Notes: generated by a model not told the origin, from the sequence alone. A stretch of DNA of 63,752 bases from Planctomycetota bacterium (GCA_023261505.1 JAHFOV010000004.1:1-63752); one strand, 5' to 3'. Shown: positions 9,270 to 19,544, numbered from the stretch's first letter. Program-made: numbers and translations.

Positions 9270-10220
9270 ATGACTAAGCTCATAGGAATAACTATGGGAG
9301 ATCCTTGCGGGGTGGGACCTGAGGTGGTACTCAAGTCCGTAACCCTCCTTCCTTCGGGTTATGAGCTCCTAGTGATAGGTTGCGGTGAGATACTTGAACG
9401 TACCGCCGAGGGATTGGGTCTAAAGCCAGATTGGAAGCATGGGGTAAAGGTTTTAGACCTGGTTAATTTTGATGCTAGAAAGATGGCTTTGAGACAACCA
9501 AATCCTGAGGCAGGGAGGGCCTCTTTTGAGTATATTCTTAAAGGGATAGAAATGGCCTTAAAGGGGGAGTTGGGGGCACTGGTTACGGGGCCTATAAGTA
9601 AAGAGGCACTGCACCTTGCAGGCAACCCTTATCCGGGGCATACCGAGATTTTAAGAGAAAAGACGGGTGTTCCTAAAGTGGTTATGATGATGGTGGTGGG
9701 GGATTTCAGGGTATCCTTCGTAACCATCCATGTACCACTAAAGAAAGTGCCGGGACTTCTTTCTCAAGAAAAGATTCTGGAAACTATAAAGCTTACCAAT
9801 AAAGCGCTAACAGAATGGTTCCATATAGAAAAACCTAGGATAGGTGTATGCGCCCTTAACCCCCATGCGGGTGAGGGAGGCTGTTTCGGTTCTGAGGAGG
9901 GAGAGATTATATCACCCGCAATTAGTATAGCCCAGCAAGAAGGTATTAATTGCCATGGCCCCATCCCTGCCGATGTGGCCAGTCATAAGGCACGTGAGGG
10001 AGAGCTTGAGGCGGTGGTGGCCCTTTATCACGACCAGGGTACTATTGCCATAAAGCTCCTGGGTTTCTTTAGCGGCGTTAACCTCACCCTGGGTCTGCCT
10101 TTTATACGTACCTCTCCGACCCATGGTACGGCCTTTGATATTGCAGGGAAAGGCCTTGCCCAGCCTGGCTCAATGCTGGAGGCTATCAGGCTAGCGGCGC
10201 GACTAAGCAGTAGACAGTAG
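9270..10220 (+). CDS. pdxA: 4-hydroxythreonine-4-phosphate dehydrogenase
   Basis: TMGDPCGVGPE, GHTE, ALNPHAGE, YHDQG and RTSPTHGTAFDIAG. Confidence 0.96.
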   Translation: MTKLIGITMGDPCGVGPEVVLKSVTLLPSGYELLVIGCGEILERTAEGLGLKPDWKHGVKVLDLVNFDARKMALRQPNPEAGRASFEYILKGIEMALKGELGALVTGPISKEALHLAGNPYPGHTEILREKTGVPKVVMMMVVGDFRVSFVTIHVPLKKVPGLLSQEKILETIKLTNKALTEWFHIEKPRIGVCALNPHAGEGGCFGSEEGEIISPAISIAQQEGINCHGPIPADVASHKAREGELEAVVALYHDQGTIAIKLLGFFSGVNLTLGLPFIRTSPTHGTAFDIAGKGLAQPGSMLEAIRLAARLSSRQ

Positions 10221-10308
10221 GAAGTAGGGAGTAAGCAGTACATAATGGACAGAGGCACTCCTTCTGCATACTCCTTACTGCTTACTGCGTACTTTTTAGG
10301 GTTCAAAC

Positions 10309-11259
10309 ATGGTTACTACTAGCTTTCCAAACACACCCTCCGCCTTGAAAGCACTGCTGGAGGAGAGGGGGATTAGGCCCAGAAAGCACCTGGGACAGAA
10401 TTTTCTAATTGACCAGAATCTCCTCAGAGTGATAGTTGAAAAGGCTGGCGTGAGTATTAAGGATTTGATTCTGGAGGTAGGCTGTGGTACAGGCCTCCTC
10501 ACTCAACACCTTGCCGAAAAGGCCCATAGAGTGCTAGCTGTAGAGATAGACCCACGGCTGTGCAGCCTCGCCAGGGAGCTACTACAGGGTTATACAAACA
10601 TATATTTTTTAAACAAAGATGTTCTCAAGACAAAGACTGCTATTGAGCCTGAGGTAGAGGCTGTGATTACTCACTGGCTCAAAAGTGAAGAAGGGCTAAG
10701 ATTGAAGGTGGTGTCAAATCTCCCTTACTCCATAAGTACGCCGTTTATAATAGCCATCCTGGTGGGGAAATTGCCTGTTGAACTTATGCTCCTTACCCTT
10801 CAGAGGGATATTGTTGATAGGCTCCTGGCCCGCCCAGGTACCAAAGAATATGGAGTACTATCTGTAGTGGCACAATTATTTTCAAAGGTTGAACTTCTGA
10901 GGAAGTTACCCCCTGATGTGTTCTGGCCGGCGCCAAAGGTAGAGTCCGCCATAGTTAGGATAGTGATTAAGAGGGAAAGAATTCTTGGACGGATTTCCAA
11001 TTTTTCACTATTCAACCGGCTAGTGATGTGCGTGTTTCAAAGCCGGAGAAAGACTTTAATGAACAGCCTCCTTAGGCTGAACTTGCCTTCCCTGAGCAAG
11101 GAGGCTATTGTAGACGTTCTTAAGAGGCTAGGGCTTGAGCTCAATATTAGAGGGGAGGCATTGGAACCCGCAGGTTTCGTGGCCATCTGTAATAAGATTC
11201 ATTTCTTAACAGAGAATGTCATTGCGAGGGATGAGGTCCCGAAGCAATTTAATTACTAA
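10309..11259 (+). CDS. rsmA: 16S rRNA m6,2A dimethyltransferase
   Basis: KHLGQNFL, LEVGCG, SNLPYSIS and FWPAPKVES. Confidence 0.96.
   Translation: MVTTSFPNTPSALKALLEERGIRPRKHLGQNFLIDQNLLRVIVEKAGVSIKDLILEVGCGTGLLTQHLAEKAHRVLAVEIDPRLCSLARELLQGYTNIYFLNKDVLKTKTAIEPEVEAVITHWLKSEEGLRLKVVSNLPYSISTPFIIAILVGKLPVELMLLTLQRDIVDRLLARPGTKEYGVLSVVAQLFSKVELLRKLPPDVFWPAPKVESAIVRIVIKRERILGRISNFSLFNRLVMCVFQSRRKTLMNSLLRLNLPSLSKEAIVDVLKRLGLELNIRGEALEPAGFVAICNKIHFLTENVIARDEVPKQFNY
11218..11249 (+). repeat. GTCATTGCGAG...GAAGCAAT (RPE-like) element fused into the rsmA C-terminus
   Basis: Encodes VIARDEVPKQ after the end of the RsmA fold. Confidence 0.6.
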
Positions 11260-11331
11260 GAATAGGGCAAATTGTTAGCCAAAGGCGAATCTGCCTCAGG
11301 TACTTCGCCTTCGGCACGCAAGGAGGAAAAG

Positions 11332-11826
11332 ATGCTAGAAGTCAAAGAGAGCGACCTACCAGCAATAGGAAAGAAATTCACGATTGAAACGGAGGCAGAA
11401 GAGACTGTTGTGATAGTTTTACGCAACACTGGGGAAAGAGAGATGTATCGCTTTCTCAAAGGTAAGGAAGAGCCCGAGTCTGTTATCACTTTCACCGAGG
11501 AAGAGGCAAGGACAATAGGCAACATTCTGGCAGGTGCCTACTTTGAGCCCGTGCACGAGAAGGCGGTGCAACTGGTAATGAAGGAGTTGTCCATGGAATG
11601 GATAAAGGTGGAGGAAGGTTCCCTTCTGGCTAATAAGACCATCGGCGAGGTAGGTATTAGAAAGAAGACGGGTGTATCAGTTATCTCTATACTCAGAGAG
11701 GGGAAATATATCCCTAGCCCCTTGCCCACGGAAACGATGCTTGCAGGTGATACCTTGATTGTATTGGGCAGTAGTGAGCAGATGAAAATTTTCCTAAGCT
11801 TTATTGGCCAACCAAGAGAAGAATAA
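11332..11826 (+). CDS. khtT: KhtT-like RCK_C regulatory subunit of a K+/H+ antiporter
   Basis: MLEVKESDLPAIGKKF...C-terminal TrkA-C domain; AGGAGG before ATG 11332. Confidence 0.8.
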   Translation: MLEVKESDLPAIGKKFTIETEAEETVVIVLRNTGEREMYRFLKGKEEPESVITFTEEEARTIGNILAGAYFEPVHEKAVQLVMKELSMEWIKVEEGSLLANKTIGEVGIRKKTGVSVISILREGKYIPSPLPTETMLAGDTLIVLGSSEQMKIFLSFIGQPREE

Positions 11827-11827
11827 A

Positions 11828-12985
11828 GTGGAAGTCTCTACAGTACTCTTTGAGATGGGCCTTTCGTGCCTGGTACTCTTTTTTGGCGGTCTCCTGGCTA
11901 AGAAGGCAAACCTATCGCTTATACCCCTATATATCGTTACCGGACTTGTTCTATCTCGGTTCTTCAAGCCCACTATCATCATGGAATTTATGTCCACCTT
12001 GGGGCTGATTCTCCTCCTCTTCCTAATCGGCCTTGAGTTTACCCTGGAGAGCTTCCTCAAAAATCGAAAAAAAATCTTAACAGGGGGGTTATATGACCTT
12101 GCCTTGAATTTCCCGGTGGGCCTTGTAATAGGTCTCCTCCTGGGTTTTGACTGGCTCTGTTCACTGTTCCTGGCAGGAATAGTTTATGTGAGCAGCTCTG
12201 CGATTATCTGTAAGGGAATAATAGAGCTTAAACGTTCCGCCAACCCCGAAACAGAGTGCCTCCTTGGGATCCTTGTATTCGAAGACCTTTTCATTGTCCT
12301 CTATCTGGCTATCCTATCAGGTATAATCAAACATGGCAGTCCCGAGCTCTTTCCCTTAGGAGTAGCCATACTAAAAGCCGTAGGGTTCTGTGCTGTCATA
12401 ATAATCATTGCTAGGGTTTTCAAAAAATATATAGAACGTGTTCTGGACATAGAATCTACGGAACTCTTTGTGTTGTTATTGTTTGGCATTGTAATACTAA
12501 CTGCTACAAGTGCTGAGGCCCTGGGTCTATCAATAGCCATTGGGGCCTTCTTGGCTGGACTTCTCATTTCCGAGACCAATCAGAAATCCAGGGCCGTGGA
12601 AGTCGTTGCCCCATTTCAGTATCTTACTGCGGCCATTTTCTTCGTAAGCTTCGGACTGACCTCACAACTCACTAATGTTAAGGAGACATACCCCTTGGCC
12701 CTTATCCTTGTAGGGGCTTCAATACCCCTTAAGCTCTTAACGGGTTTCCTTGCCAGCCAGGGCTACAATCTTAGCACCAGGGCTAAATTGAGACTTGGAC
12801 TCAGTCTCTTACCAAGGGGTGAATTCTCTGTTGTCCTGGCCACGGTTGCCATGGGTATCGCAAAAATACATCCTGTAGGAGCTATCACTACACTTTATGT
12901 ACTTATAATAGCCATCCTTGGTTCAATAGCCATGAAATACGCCGATGTCTTTGCTAAATGGGTGGAGGGAAAGAAGACGGTGTAG
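11828..12985 (+). CDS. khtU: CPA2 cation:proton antiporter (KhtU-like)
   Basis: LFLIGLE, SSSAII, GILVFEDL, GAFLAG and PRGEFS; about 12 TM helices; directly follows khtT. Confidence 0.82.
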   Translation: MEVSTVLFEMGLSCLVLFFGGLLAKKANLSLIPLYIVTGLVLSRFFKPTIIMEFMSTLGLILLLFLIGLEFTLESFLKNRKKILTGGLYDLALNFPVGLVIGLLLGFDWLCSLFLAGIVYVSSSAIICKGIIELKRSANPETECLLGILVFEDLFIVLYLAILSGIIKHGSPELFPLGVAILKAVGFCAVIIIIARVFKKYIERVLDIESTELFVLLLFGIVILTATSAEALGLSIAIGAFLAGLLISETNQKSRAVEVVAPFQYLTAAIFFVSFGLTSQLTNVKETYPLALILVGASIPLKLLTGFLASQGYNLSTRAKLRLGLSLLPRGEFSVVLATVAMGIAKIHPVGAITTLYVLIIAILGSIAMKYADVFAKWVEGKKTV

Positions 12986-13036
12986 GGGAAATAAAGTGGT
13001 TGCAATAGCATACTTTTCTAAGTATAGATAAAAAGG

Positions 13037-13423
13037 ATGAAAAATGCTGTTAAAAACTGGTTAGATTCTCCACAATATGATTTAGAGACTGCTGAAAACA
13101 TGTTTGCTGCTGGTAGATATATTTACACCGTCTTTATGTGTCATGTTGCCCTTGAGAAAGCGCTCAAGGCAAAGGTTGAAGAAATAACCTTCAAAACACC
13201 ACCTAAAACCCACGACTTAGGATACCTTGTTGAACTTGCTGGATTATTTCCTGATAAAGATATAGAAGAGTTCATTGTGGAAATTAGCAACCTCAGCGTT
13301 GTTACAAGATACCCTAACTATTTTCAAAGGATGCTCACAGATTTTTCAAAGGAAAGGGTTGAGTTTATTTTGATAAAAACCGGGGAGATTTTCCAATGGG
13401 TAAAGAAATCAATGTTGTTATAA
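13037..13423 (+). CDS. HEPN domain protein
   Basis: YDLETA...FMCHVALEKALKA...PPKTHDL...TRYP, the HEPN pattern typical of HEPN-MNT pairs. Confidence 0.85.
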   Translation: MKNAVKNWLDSPQYDLETAENMFAAGRYIYTVFMCHVALEKALKAKVEEITFKTPPKTHDLGYLVELAGLFPDKDIEEFIVEISNLSVVTRYPNYFQRMLTDFSKERVEFILIKTGEIFQWVKKSMLL

Positions 13424-13714
13424 ATGAGTATAAACAGAAACTCGAAGCTATGGGAATAAAGGTTAAAAAGATTATCCTTTTTGGCTCTTACGCCTCTGGG
13501 AAGGCAAGAGAGGATAGCGATATAGATTTGGTAGTAATATCCAATAACTTTAGAGATATGGACCTTTGGGAAAGATTATGTCTGCTAGGGCGCGCTCGAA
13601 TAGGCATAAAAAACCGATTGAAATAATAGGTTTTACTGAAGAAGAATTCGAAGCAGAATCTAGCGGCACATTTATTGGGATGAGGTAAAAACCAAGGGGG
13701 TGGAGGTGATTTGA
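13396..13714 (+). pseudogene. MNT (minimal nucleotidyltransferase), apparently broken by two 1-bp deletions
   Basis: ILFGSYASG...SDIDLVV. The C-terminus PIEIIGFTEEEFE...FIG/DEVKTKGVEVI continues only in shifted frames after A6 (13608-13613) and G3 (13677-13679). Confidence 0.7.
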
Positions 13715-13792
13715 ACAACTTCTTCCCTGTTATATGAACGTAGGGACGGAAATATATTGTTATCTATAATTAGCTGAAAGGGGTTTAGTTTT

Positions 13793-14488
13793 ATGACTTA
13801 CGGTATATTGACTAATAAAGTGTGCCGAAGTGTCTTTGAGGAGATTAACAACCTCCCTTACTGTAAAGCTTGCCGTCGTGCTAGAATAGAATTTGCTGAA
13901 AAGGATAAAAAGCATGATGGTTGTTACAGCAATTTGCTTCCAGGTTTTTCTTCTGAAGATGTGGAAATACCAATAGATGTTCTAATTATTGGCGAGGCAC
14001 ACGGCGGAGGTGGAGAAGAGTGGTTTAGAGAACAACGACGGAAAGTATATGATGAAGTTGATCAACTTGCGCAATATTATCTTGCCAAAGAACTAGAGAA
14101 TTTTCATCAGCGAGAAATGAGATGTTTATTTAAAGCTCTTAACAAAAGTGGAAAAAAATGGGTTTTTACCGACCTTATCAAATGCTTTGTTTCGAACGAC
14201 AAAGTCAACGATAAGTACCAAAAAAATCGCCGTGAAGCAATTAAGCATTGCCGTAGATATCTGAAGAAACAAATTGAAGTCCTTCAGCCTAAAAAGATAT
14301 TAAGTTTAGGCAAAACTGTGGCTAAAAAATATTTTAACCTTGAACTCGGGAAGTGGAAAGATGAACACGGTACCATACATAATTGCAAATTCCCTGTAAT
14401 CGTCTCCATATTTCCAAGTAAGAATACAGCGGATTGGTGGGTAGAAAATAAAGGGTGGAAAAAAGTTTTACAAAACCTTTTCAAATAA
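13793..14488 (+). CDS. Uracil-DNA glycosylase-superfamily protein (divergent)
   Basis: CKAC, LIIGEAHG, FTDLIKC, HCRRYLKKQIEVLQPKKILSLG, and FPS in place of HPS; AT-rich. Confidence 0.7.
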   Translation: MTYGILTNKVCRSVFEEINNLPYCKACRRARIEFAEKDKKHDGCYSNLLPGFSSEDVEIPIDVLIIGEAHGGGGEEWFREQRRKVYDEVDQLAQYYLAKELENFHQREMRCLFKALNKSGKKWVFTDLIKCFVSNDKVNDKYQKNRREAIKHCRRYLKKQIEVLQPKKILSLGKTVAKKYFNLELGKWKDEHGTIHNCKFPVIVSIFPSKNTADWWVENKGWKKVLQNLFK

Positions 14489-14559
14489 AAAAGTCTTTGA
14501 CCGTAGCGCTCCAAATGCTAACCTTGTCTCAAAAGTCTGTTAACCTGATACAAATATAG

Positions 14560-15324
14560 ATGGAATTCTTTTCCTTACTGCTCTCCACCATCCTCCTCCG
14601 CCCCTATGTATTCATACTCCTAGGGCTGCACTTGCTGGCCGGGGGGTTGCAACTTGGGCTAAAGAGGATAGTTCTATTTACATTTCTAGCCTATCTTATT
14701 GCATTCACCTCAGAGTACAGTTCTACCCGTAACGGCATACCTTATGGCTACTACATTTACACTGGAGAGACACATGGGAAAGAGCTATACGTCTCCAATG
14801 TCCCTTTCATGGACTCACTTTCCTATTCCTTTCTGGCCTATTTTAGCTATTCACTGGCCCTGTTACTTGTATCTCCTGTAAAAAGGAATGGTTGGAACTT
14901 TGAACTGATAGACCCTCCCTGGTACTCTAAAGAGGTGCTTTTTCTTGCCGCTACATTGTTTATGCTTCAGGACGTGGTAGTAGACCCAGTAGCCCTAAGG
15001 GGTTCCCAATGGTTCCTGGGCCAGATATTCTACTATCCTGATGGAGGGATATACTTTGGGGTGCCACTATCCAATTTTTTTGGATGGTTTGTTGTAGGGC
15101 TGGCAATAATATACTGCTTTCAGAGGCTTGACCAGCAAATAGGGTGGTCAACTCCCCTGGCTAGGAATGCCCTTTTGGGGCCGGCCTGTTACTTCATCAA
15201 CATGCTCTTTATTTTGGTAGTGACTTTCTACATTGGGGAGTATCTCCTGGGACTGGTGAGCCTAACTATTTTTGCCCCCATTTTTTACCTCACCATGCTA
15301 AAAGTCCAAACTGTTAGGGGCTAG
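14560..15324 (+). CDS. CruF/DUF422 carotenoid-biosynthesis-type membrane protein
   Basis: SEYSS...PYGYY.Y, VP, DVVVDPVA and GVPLSNFFGW; multi-TM. Confidence 0.8.
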   Translation: MEFFSLLLSTILLRPYVFILLGLHLLAGGLQLGLKRIVLFTFLAYLIAFTSEYSSTRNGIPYGYYIYTGETHGKELYVSNVPFMDSLSYSFLAYFSYSLALLLVSPVKRNGWNFELIDPPWYSKEVLFLAATLFMLQDVVVDPVALRGSQWFLGQIFYYPDGGIYFGVPLSNFFGWFVVGLAIIYCFQRLDQQIGWSTPLARNALLGPACYFINMLFILVVTFYIGEYLLGLVSLTIFAPIFYLTMLKVQTVRG

Positions 15325-15401
15325 GGAATAGGTATTAGGGACTAGCAAACAACTAACAACTAACAACTAAACCCTAATCCCTGATCCCTAACCCCTGACT
15401 C

Positions 15402-16394
<993 letters not shown>

Positions 16395-16448
16395 ACGTTA
16401 AATGCAGCAACGGGTTACATTCCTGTTTCTATCAATAACGACTTAATA

Positions 16449-17639
16449 TCAATGCCCTCCTCCATGCACACCGTGTCCACCGCCATGCGTACCGCCACCT
16501 CCATGGTCGCCATGCATCCCCCCCATACCAGCAGAACCCACCGGTTCTTTTAGCCCCTGGGGTATAAAGCGGTATACCCATACATGGGCCTCATCGCTCC
16601 TAAAAACTGGCAGAAAGTAGCTGAGTCCCTGCCCCTGTCCTGTACTTAACGGAAGGAGCTTGAGTATAAGCGCCTCCTTCTTCTCGGGGTTTCCATAATC
16701 CTCAAGATACCAGAGGGTGTAATGCTTTGGAAATATCTGGGCATAGTAGGAAGTAATTCCACTATTCTTTATCCACTGGTTTATGAGTGACATATCACCA
16801 GCAACACCGACTACTGACATAGGCCTGATATTTTTTGATTCTAGTTTCAAATCTGCCTCCGCGAGACGGCTCATAGCATTTATCACGGGGAAGTCTTCGG
16901 CACTCACCAGGATATAAACCGGCCGTTCTCCTGGAGCCAAAATGCCCAAAAGTTCCCTTGCCTCGGCATCCTTAGAGCAGAAGAACCTGGCTATGTCCTT
17001 GGTCTTTTGGCCATCCTCAAGGCCCTCCTTATCCTTAAACCACTTAATTAGGTAATCAAGGGTTGCCTTTTGGTATTTATCACTGGGTACAGAGAGACCT
17101 TTCAGAAGTTCCAGGCTAGGGCTGGAGGTCAAGATGTCCTTTCCTGTAAATAATTTTACCCTCTTTCCATGATGCCACCAGCATAAGATTAGAGAGTCTT
17201 TCTCGGTATTGTTCTTTATAAAATCGTAGGTCTTGAGCCAGGCAGGGGAGGTAAACGATACCATCTTCCCTGAGGAGACTTCTGAATAGTCTATATAGTA
17301 AATAAGGGGTTCGTATGTCTCCCCTCCAGAACGGTACCTGAGTCGATATTCTACAGCTATCAGCGAGTCTTTTGGCAGTGTAATAGTGTGTTCTTCTTTG
17401 ATAATGATGAGGTCTGTAGTTAACCTCTTTTCGTATTTTACCACCTTTTCAATAGGCTCTATTGAAGCGGGCAGTAGGAACTCTGTAAAATTCTCAGGGT
17501 CTGTTTCCTGCACCTTTATGTATTCATAAAGGCTTTGCCCCTGTGCTGCGCCTATTTCAAAGAAAAATAAAATAAAGCTCAAGCAAATGAAAAGAGGCAA
17601 AAGAAATGCACATTTCTGAGAGTATCTATTTTTTGGCAT
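16449..17639 (-). CDS. Secreted protein with an STT3/AglB/PglB C-terminal-like domain and a His/Gly-rich tail
   Basis: Signal-peptide-like N-terminus; W..TYDFIKNNTEKDSLILCWWHHG, DIARFF and YILV; tail GGMHGDHGGGGTHGGGHGVHGGGH. Confidence 0.65.
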   Translation of the reverse strand: MPKNRYSQKCAFLLPLFICLSFILFFFEIGAAQGQSLYEYIKVQETDPENFTEFLLPASIEPIEKVVKYEKRLTTDLIIIKEEHTITLPKDSLIAVEYRLRYRSGGETYEPLIYYIDYSEVSSGKMVSFTSPAWLKTYDFIKNNTEKDSLILCWWHHGKRVKLFTGKDILTSSPSLELLKGLSVPSDKYQKATLDYLIKWFKDKEGLEDGQKTKDIARFFCSKDAEARELLGILAPGERPVYILVSAEDFPVINAMSRLAEADLKLESKNIRPMSVVGVAGDMSLINQWIKNSGITSYYAQIFPKHYTLWYLEDYGNPEKKEALILKLLPLSTGQGQGLSYFLPVFRSDEAHVWVYRFIPQGLKEPVGSAGMGGMHGDHGGGGTHGGGHGVHGGGH

Positions 17640-17782
17640 GGGATTAATAAAAAAATTAAAAAATCCTATTTAAATAATATAAAATTATCTTAGCATTTCT
17701 TTTGTGCCCAAAACAAGTCCTTTTTACCAAGGGCAGGCCCGTGATAGACCAAATCCTGCACCTAAGAAATGAATATTTGCCG

Positions 17783-17812
17783 TTGACAGGAAAACTTTAA
17801 CTAAGTTAGAAT
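17783..17812 (+). promoter_or_regulatory. sigma70-type promoter for tRNA-Pro
   Basis: TTGACA-18-TAGAAT about 80 bp upstream of the tRNA. Confidence 0.5.
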
Positions 17813-17890
17813 AGCCCAGTTATTAAACTTATGTAGCCGTTCATTGAATAATTTACAGTCGGTTGGCTCACCTACTAGCTATCTAAAAGT

Positions 17891-17969
17891 CGGGGTGTGG
17901 CGCAGCTTGGATTAGCGCGCTTGCTTGGGGTGCAAGAGGTCAGCGGTTCAAATCCGCTCACCCCGACCA
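17891..17969 (+). tRNA. tRNA-Pro(GGG)
   Basis: CGGGGTG acceptor stem, CTTGC-TTGGGGT-GCAAG anticodon arm, GGTTCAAATCC T-arm and encoded CCA. Confidence 0.96.
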
Positions 17970-18050
17970 GTTATTCTCTCTCATGAAAGTGTATTGGGTA
18001 TGTATCCATGAGAGCATAAAGGATAAGTGGAGCAATATAGGGCAACCGCA

Positions 18051-18110
18051 GTAGGGGTAGGCTTTGCGCCTGCCCTATCATTTTGGGCAACCGCAAGAGT
18101 TGCCCTTACA
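18051..18110. repeat. GTAG-family REP-like palindrome pair
   Basis: GTAGGGGTAGGC..GCCTGCCC...GGGCAACCGCAAGAGTTGCCCTTAC. Confidence 0.65.
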
Positions 18111-18172
18111 GACATACCAACAATCTCCAAAGGCACCTGGCGCTACGTGTCTTACAGAGGCTTGGACTATTA

Positions 18173-19531
18173 TTAATCTGGTAGATTAAATTTTTTTAAC
18201 TTTTTGTAGAGGGTCTCCCTGTGGATGCCCAGCTTCCTGGCGGCCTCATTTTTGTTGCCGCCGGTCAGTTTTAGGACTCCGCTTATATGTCTGCTTTCTA
18301 CTGTCTCCAGGCGGAGGTCTTCGGAGAGGTGTTCCGTATGGCCTTCCAGTAGCCCGTGTTGGATGGACGGGGGGAGGTCCTGGGGTTTTATCACGCCTTC
18401 TTCACAGAATATCACGGCTCGCTCTACGGCATTGGCTAGTTCTCTGACGTTACCAGGCCAGGGATAAGACAATATGAGCTTCATCGCCTCGTCACTGACG
18501 TCTGGTCTTTTCCTACTCATTTCCCTTGAAAACCTTGCAAGAAAATGGTCCACGAGTAGAGGTATGTCTTCGCTCCTTTCCACAAGAGGCGGCAGATTGA
18601 GAATGACGGTATTTAGGCGGTAAAAGAGGTCGCTTCTGAAGCGTTTCTCTTGTAACATCTTGCTAAGGTTCTGATTGGTGGCAGCAATAAAACGGACATT
18701 GACCTTTATTAGCTCATTACCTCCGAGGCGTTCAAACTCCCCACTTTCCAGTACCCTGAGGAGCTTAGCCTGCATGGAGAAGGGCATATCGCCTATTTCG
18801 TCAAGGAATAGAGTACCCTCGTTAGCTACCTCAAATTTACCTTTTTTTTGTTTATCGGCTCCTGTGAAGGCACCTTTTTCATAGCCAAAGAGCTCGCTTT
18901 CAAGGAGGTTTTCTGGAAATGCAGCGCAGTTGATTTTTACGTAGGGTTTTGAACACCGACGGCTTGAGTAGTGAATAGCATCAGCTACCATTTCTTTGCC
19001 TGTACCACTGGGTCCCATAATGAGGACAGTGGAAGCAGAGAGAGCTACTTTCTTTATAGTGTCTACCACCTTTTGTATCTGCTGGGATTTGCCTATAATA
19101 TGTTCGTAACCATGTTCTAGCTGGAGCGTGTTTTGGAGGAATCTGGCCTCTTCCACACGCGCTTTCATCTGGGCTATATTCTTGAGGTTTATGAGCACTT
19201 CGTCTATATCCAAAGGTTTCTGGATGTAGTCATAGGCACCTAGTTTTATAGATCTTTTGGCTGTTTCTATTGTAGCATAGGCTGTCATAATGATTACCTC
19301 AATGTCAGGCCGTTGGACCTTGATTCGCTCCAGTAGCTCTACACCGTCCATATGTGGCATCCTTATATCCAATAGTGCAATGTCAAATCCATTCTTTTCT
19401 ATAAGACCAAGGGCTGAGGGACCGTCTTTAGCAACCGCCACCTCGTAGCCATTCCTGTTCAGAATGTCGCTCAGTGTCTTTAACAAGTTAATCTCGTCGT
19501 CAACAATGAGAACCTTAGTCTTTTCTGGCAT
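18173..19531 (-). CDS. sigma54-dependent response regulator (REC-AAA+-HTH_8; NtrC/AtoC/ZraR family)
   Basis: LIVDDE, LLDIRMP, GPSGTGKE, ESELFGYEKGAFTGA, WPGNVREL and a Fis-type HTH. Confidence 0.96.
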   Translation of the reverse strand: MPEKTKVLIVDDEINLLKTLSDILNRNGYEVAVAKDGPSALGLIEKNGFDIALLDIRMPHMDGVELLERIKVQRPDIEVIIMTAYATIETAKRSIKLGAYDYIQKPLDIDEVLINLKNIAQMKARVEEARFLQNTLQLEHGYEHIIGKSQQIQKVVDTIKKVALSASTVLIMGPSGTGKEMVADAIHYSSRRCSKPYVKINCAAFPENLLESELFGYEKGAFTGADKQKKGKFEVANEGTLFLDEIGDMPFSMQAKLLRVLESGEFERLGGNELIKVNVRFIAATNQNLSKMLQEKRFRSDLFYRLNTVILNLPPLVERSEDIPLLVDHFLARFSREMSRKRPDVSDEAMKLILSYPWPGNVRELANAVERAVIFCEEGVIKPQDLPPSIQHGLLEGHTEHLSEDLRLETVESRHISGVLKLTGGNKNEAARKLGIHRETLYKKLKKFNLPD

Positions 19532-19544
19532 TCTTGTAAGTCTT

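Noticed and set aside
17891-19531. Integrative element at tRNA-Pro
   Set aside because: No integrase and no duplicated tRNA 3' end was seen downstream; only a REP pair is present.
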